A stretch of DNA of 15,614 bases. Source: Octopus sinensis (Eukaryota). Of this stretch, positions 11,271 through 15,614 are shown piece by piece. A model generated the notes under the pieces. That model made no database searches, had not been told where the DNA came from, and saw nothing but the letters and a program-made list of their open reading frames with translations. Position 1 is the first letter of the stretch, and each line of letters starts with the position of its first letter. Location: contig NW_021825448.1 of the NCBI RefSeq assembly GCF_006345805.1, positions 1-15,614 of the forward strand, read 5' to 3'. Made by a program: the position numbers and the translations under genes.

Positions 11271-11366
11271 CGAGGCGTTAACGCCCACTTCTTCCTGCTA
11301 TTTATAAATAAGCCTCACTAGTAGGGATTATCACATTTTTGCCCGTTCTTTCAACTGAACTCACAG

Positions 11367-11411
11367 ACAGAAAGACTTGAGGCTGAAATTCAAACGCAAT
11401 TATTGACTCAA
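11367..11411 (+). CDS. Candidate 45-nt phase-0 internal exon (TERLEAEIQTQLLTQ) of an unidentified gene
   Basis: Seen: pyrimidine-rich TTTTTGCCCGTTCTTTC, acceptor ...CTCACAG at 11366, 45 stop-free nt, then a consensus donor GTAAGT at 11412-11417. The peptide looks like an amphipathic helix. Exon status is inferred; there is no transcript evidence. Confidence 0.4.
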
Positions 11412-11994
11412 GTAAGTACTTTTGTGATAATTATCTTCATTAACGACTTCATTAACACATTTACAGTGTGAAATATTCCTTACAACTATTTCAAACATAA
11501 TTATGCTGTTATGTTGAAAATTGTTTTATTTTCAGGCAGTATTTTTCAGACTAGGAACTGTTCAAACATTTCACAGAGTTACATTATAAGCAAAACATTT
11601 CATTTCCAGAATATAATATAAAGGATAGTTTGGTTATGACAAGGTCAAAACTATTTGATGGAAATTAAGGAAATGGAAATGTTCATCTAAGGATACAGCA
11701 TTTTAAGTTGTTTCCAGTAGATTTCTAATTCTCAAGTGAAATTTAAAATTTGTAAATCAATTTCATGGCTGTTAAATTGTTTTTAGTAAATTTAATGTTT
11801 TTCAAAGTTTAGTCAAGGGAGAAGGGCCTTGCCGATGGCCCTTTATATTTCCAGGGTCTTCAAGAGTAGGGAATGGAAGAAAGACATTCTCAAAACAAAA
11901 GACCTAACATGAATGCATACATCAGAGAAATCCTCTGCTAAAAGGGCCAGGTGATGGTGTTGAAAAAGGTTATAGATTAAGTCTGAAACCCAGG

Positions 11995-12310
11995 GCGGCA
12001 ACAAAAGGATTTGAACTCAGATCACAAAGAACCACATAAACCCTTTCATTAACAACCCAGCTGAAACTGGCTCTGAGTATAAATGTCTTATTTTCATAAG
12101 TTTTAAATTAAAATCTTCCACCAAAACTTAGTCACAATTTATGTTCCTAACTCTAAATTAATAATAACAAATTTATTTTACTAAATTCTTTGTTATATCC
12201 AAAGTAATTAAAAGAAACACAGATCATCTCAAAATAAATACAGTAGCGAAGGGGTTAAATACTACAAGGAATATTGTCAAATATATAATTCCATCAGACC
12301 ACCACCTCAG
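11995..12310 (-). mobile_element. Degenerate tRNA-derived SINE head fragment interrupted by a MITE
   Basis: GGATTTGAACTCAG at 12007-12020 (reverse complement GAGTTCAAATCC is B-box-like). After the 12041-12254 insert it continues as AAATACTACAAGG, colinear with the uninterrupted copy at 12360-12440. Confidence 0.55.
12041..12254. mobile_element. ~214-bp non-autonomous DNA transposon (MITE), piggyBac-like
   Basis: Left end TAAA|CCCTTTCATTAAC; right end GTAGCGAAGGGG|TTAA (reverse complement CCCCTTCGCTAC). These are imperfect CCC-starting TIRs flanked by TAAA/TTAA with an AT-rich non-coding interior. TTAA target duplication and CCY termini are established piggyBac hallmarks. Confidence 0.7.
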
Positions 12311-12357
12311 ATTGGCATTTTAATTATTGACATTAGCATAATAAAAATAAAAATTAA

Positions 12358-12440
12358 TCTCGGCAGGATTTGAACTCAGTAGACATAGAGAATAAATACC
12401 ACTAGGTATTAAGTCCCTATGTTCTAACGACTCTACTAAT
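12358..12440 (-). mobile_element. Second degenerate tRNA-derived SINE head fragment
   Basis: CTCGGCAGGATTTGAACTCAG...AAATACCACTAGGTATT...CTAACGACTCTACTAAT shares the 14-mer GGATTTGAACTCAG and the downstream motif with the 11995-12310 copy. Confidence 0.55.
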
Positions 12441-12702
12441 TGATCTTTTTCTTTTTTCAATCAATGAAATTTTTTGAAATTGATTTTTTGATTTTAATAT
12501 TAAACTTTGTATATAAATGGAATTGTTCTGGTGATTTCATTTCTATTTTATATCTTGAAGCAAACAAGAAGAATTGTTTAAATATTAAACAATTTGGTGA
12601 CAACATATATTTTCTCTCTCAGCACATCTTTATCCTACATCAACATTTTAATGTGCAATGCATTAAATATGTTTTCTCACCATCTTCAATATTATTTATC
12701 AG

Positions 12703-12717
12703 ATGGATGGCTTCTGA
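12703..12717 (+). CDS. Possible terminal coding exon start (MDGF*) followed by AT-rich putative 3' UTR
   Basis: Seen: TTCTCAC (branch-point-like) ...ATTATTTATCAG|ATGGATGGCTTCTGA, in phase with the 11367-11411 candidate. AATAAA motifs occur at ~13455-13490. Speculative; another acceptor exists at 11535. Confidence 0.2.
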   Translation: MDGF

Positions 12718-13334
12718 GAATTATTTCATATTGTCTGCATTTATTATAAACTCTATTACAAACCAACAACAAAGTCCCCCCAAAATAGCCCTAAAAACAA
12801 TTTTAGATAATAACAACTTATGGGTGGGGTCATGGCTAGAAAGTCTGACCATAGGGTGATTAGATAAGAATTGACTTTCAGTTAAACATCAACAACAGAA
12901 GCCATAATTTTAATTTATTTTAAACAAATATATTTGTTACATTTCAAATGTAATCTTTATAAAAATAATTTTAATATTTCAACTTTATAAATTGTATTCT
13001 GACATTATAAAAGTTAAACATCCTATTAAATTTAAAAAGATTATAGTTTTGATATATTTTTATAAATTACATTTAAATATTGTATTTGAAGGAATAATCT
13101 ATGTTATAATTTGGTAAATTTAGAAATATTCTTGGAGATTTCTGTGGAATTATCAGCTTGGTTGAGGAATAGAATAGTGATGGGTTTTTTTAAGTGTAGA
13201 TTTGTGGATGAGAAAGACATGAATAATAATTGAAGAGAGGGTGTGTCATTTATAGAGATAGGTTAACAGACTAAATGGTGGTGGTCGTGGTGAAGTAGAG
13301 ATTTCAAGTTGTGTATGTAATGTGTGGCTGATGT

Positions 13335-13442
13335 GTTTTACTCCTTTAGTAATAGAACCACGGCCATGCTGGAGCATTGCCTTGATGCATTTAACTGATT
13401 GTATTATCACTGGTATTTCTTTTTAAATCCGGTACATATTTT
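13335..13442 (-). mobile_element. SINE 3'-end fragment
   Basis: CGGCCATGCTGGAGCATTGCCTT (13361-13383) matches TGGCTATGCTGGAGCACTGCCTT at ~15366 and is the reverse complement of AAGGTGGTGCTCCAGCATGACC at ~14947. Confidence 0.65.
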
Positions 13443-13504
13443 AACTAAACGGAAATAAAAATAGAATAAATAAATTTATTTTTAATAAATTCAAAATAAC
13501 ACAA

Positions 13505-13588
13505 TGATTGTGATGATGATGTTGATGATGATGAAGGTGATAATGCTGTTGTTGTTGTTGTTGGTGGTGGTGGGTGGTGGTGTTGGTG
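13505..13588. repeat. Compound (GAT)n/(GTT)n/(GGT)n microsatellite
   Basis: Direct reading of the sequence. Confidence 0.9.
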
Positions 13589-13875
13589 TAAGTATTTGCA
13601 TCCAGACTAAAGAAAGTGAAATTTATACTGAACAATGCATATTCATTAGAAAAACCAGTTTCTAAGGGTTTTAAAAGCAAAACCCTTGAGATGACCCCGA
13701 ATCTGTAAATGAATGTGTTATCAGTTTGCAAAGAGGTTTCAATTATATTTATTTTTGTCTAAAGGCAGCTTAGCCATTGTGACACAAAAGCAGATTGTTA
13801 GATGTTGAGAGGGAGGGAGGGGAAACGAAATCAAAAGAACAACAAGGATCAAATGATTTCAGAGTGATTATTTGA

Positions 13876-13960
13876 AGAGAGAGAGAGGGAGAGAGAGTGA
13901 AAGTGAGAAAGAGAGAGAGTAAGAGAGAGAAAGAGAGAGCGAGAGAGAGAGAGAGGAAAG
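13876..13960. repeat. Imperfect (AG)n purine-rich tract
   Basis: Direct reading of the sequence. Confidence 0.9.
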
Positions 13961-14255
13961 AATGAGGTGGTGTACAGGAAAACAAAAACAATACACAAAG
14001 CATTATATTTTTAATAAATGACAGCTGAAACTAATGAATAAGATGATGATGGTGATGAGAGTGGGGGTTTTTTGTGGTGGCGGTGGTGGTGGGGATGTGA
14101 ATACTTGCATTTTGGGGACCAATGTGTAAACAAAACCCTTGAGTTGTTGAGTAAATGTAAATGAATGCTTTATCAGTTGGAAACAACTGGAATTATTTCA
14201 AAATGGATTTTGAGATCTTAAGAGGGAGGAAGTGAAAATCAAATCCAAATAACAA

Positions 14256-14429
14256 CAGGAGTGTCTTTGTGATAAGAGGCTTGCTTCCCAACTACATGGT
14301 TCCAGGTTCAGTCCCACTGGGTGGCACCTTAAGCAAGTGTCATCTACTATAACCAAAGCTTTGTGAGTGGCTTTGGTAGACAGAAACAGAAAGAAGTCCA
14401 TCCTGAATATATGAGTGTGTGTTTGTGTA

Positions 14430-14485
<56 letters not shown>

Positions 14486-14607
14486 TATGTGTGTGTGTGT
14501 GTGTGTTGATAAATATATGTGTGCAATTATGAAGGTGTTTAATCTGTACTAGTGCATGTGTGTGTGTATATATATGTATGTATATATGTATGTATATATA
14601 TATATAT

Positions 14608-14639
<32 letters not shown>

Positions 14640-14752
14640 ATAGGTAGATAGATATAGAGTTAAATGCGGGTTTTGTTCAAATTCTTTTACTTCCTGGTAC
14701 CTGTTTATGTATTTTTTCCGTGTTAATTGTTAACAAGGAAAAATACACATTC

Positions 14753-14796
<44 letters not shown>

Positions 14797-15008
14797 TGTG
14801 CATCTGTGACTGTCCACCCTCACCATCGTTTGAGAACCAGTGTTGCTGTGTTTACACCCCTATAACTTAGCAGTTCAGCAAAAAAGACCAATAGAAAAAC
14901 TACTAGGCTTACAAAGAGTAAGTCCTCGGATCGATTTCTTCTACTAAAGGTGGTGCTCCAGCATGACCACATTCAAATTACTGAAACAAGTAAAGGAATA
15001 AGAGAATA
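14256..15008 (+). mobile_element. tRNA-derived SINE with central microsatellite block (head ~14256-14402, tail ~14793-15008)
   Basis: B-box-like GGTTCAGTCCC at 14305-14315 with a decayed A-box region upstream. The head ends ...GGTAGACAGAAACAGAAAGAAGTCC. The middle is (AT)n/(GT)n/(AGAT)n. The tail is ...AACTTAGCAGTTCAGCAAAAAAGACCAATAGAAAACTACTAGGCTTACAAAGA...GGTGCTCCAGCATGACC...GAAACAAGTAAAGGAATAAGAGAATA. Both halves align with the inverted copy at 15340-15614. It resembles an abundant octopus SINE as recalled. Confidence 0.85.
14414..14792. repeat. Microsatellite block inside the SINE: (AT)n, (GT)n, (ATGT)n, (AGAT)n, plus a ~100-bp unique segment
   Basis: Direct reading; the unique segment is at ~14657-14754. 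Confidence 0.9.
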
Positions 15009-15339
15009 CATATACATATGTGCACACATACATATAAGTTAGTTCCTGGTAGATTATTTGCAGAGAAACCCAACCTGAGCTCTGGGCTGTTGGATTCCAG
15101 ACCAATACCAAAATTCTTCAAGCATAAGAAATGCCGGTTTCACAACAGTAACACCATAGTTATGTTACTATCATACACAAACATGTATATATATACATAC
15201 ATGTGTATATATAAACATGTGAGTGTGTGTGTATGTGTATATATATACACACATATATATATACATAGTATATAAAAATAAGCATATCTATATAAATGTG
15301 TGAGTATTTATGAGAAGGTTGTATGTTATTTCAGGAAAA

Positions 15340-15614
15340 TTTCTTTATTATTTCTAACAAGACTATGGCTATGCTGGAGCACTGCCTTTAATTGAGCAAA
15401 TCGACCCCAGGATTTTTTCTTTGTAAGCCTAGTACTTATTCTATCAGTCTCTTTTGCTAAACTGCTAAGCTATGGGGGACATATACACACACATACATAT
15501 ATATAGAGAATGGGCTTCTTTCAGTTTCCATCTACCAATCTACTCACAAGGCTTTGGTTGGCCCCAGGCTATAGTAGAAGTCACTTGTGCAAGGTGCCAC
15601 ACAGTGGGACTGAA
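15340..15614 (-). mobile_element. Second copy of the same SINE family in inverted orientation, cut by the window edge
   Basis: CAGTGGGACTGAA at the window end is the reverse complement of TTCAGTCCCACTG (14307-14319). TCTTTGTAAGCCTAGTA is the reverse complement of TACTAGGCTTACAAAGA (14901-14917). ACTCACAAGGCTTTGGTT matches the reverse complement of AACCAAAGCTTTGTGAGT with one mismatch. The central microsatellite here is short. Confidence 0.88.

Noticed and set aside
11274-11285. 12-bp perfect palindrome GGCGTTAACGCC
   Set aside because: It is short and isolated with no supporting context, so it is plausible by chance.
11822-11850. Hairpin AAGGGCC-ttgccgat-GGCCCTT followed by T-rich bases, resembling an intrinsic terminator
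   Set aside because: The context is eukaryotic with no upstream prokaryotic-type gene, and a 7-bp stem is expected by chance.
12440-12859. 139-aa ORF on the + strand
   Set aside because: It has a non-ATG start (TTG), a composition rich in F/I/N/L typical of AT-rich non-coding DNA, and no recognisable motif.
14256-14330. tRNA gene
   Set aside because: Only a B-box-like motif is present, no cloverleaf can be built, and it is continuous with the SINE body.
13441-15275. ORFs 13441-13731, 13770-14003, 14198-14482 and 15018-15275
   Set aside because: They are driven by trinucleotide, (AG)n or (AT)n repeats or by antisense SINE sequence.

Overview
Eukaryotic, non-coding, repeat-rich DNA. The interspersed repeats resemble octopus/cephalopod families as I recall them; I did not check this by search. 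Bases 1-~9680 are a GC-rich (~63%) tandem array of a 67-bp unit, about 144 copies, running off the left edge. The array grades in register into a unique ~200-bp retroposon-like 3' end with a terminal stem-loop and a (GAT)6 tail, so it looks like a satellite grown from inside a SINE-like element. Each unit folds into two adjacent hairpins. The array also shows a 20-unit (~1.34 kb) higher-order duplication, a positional gradient of variants, a CpG-decay signature and several scrambled patches that are probably sequencing or assembly error. The AT-rich remainder holds microsatellites, tRNA-derived SINE copies (including a tail-to-tail inverted pair), a piggyBac-like MITE nested in a SINE head, an old ~0.5-kb-period duplication and one or two candidate small exons on the + strand. 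All long ORFs in the track are by-products of repeats. I found no CRISPR array, RNA gene or convincing new multi-gene system.
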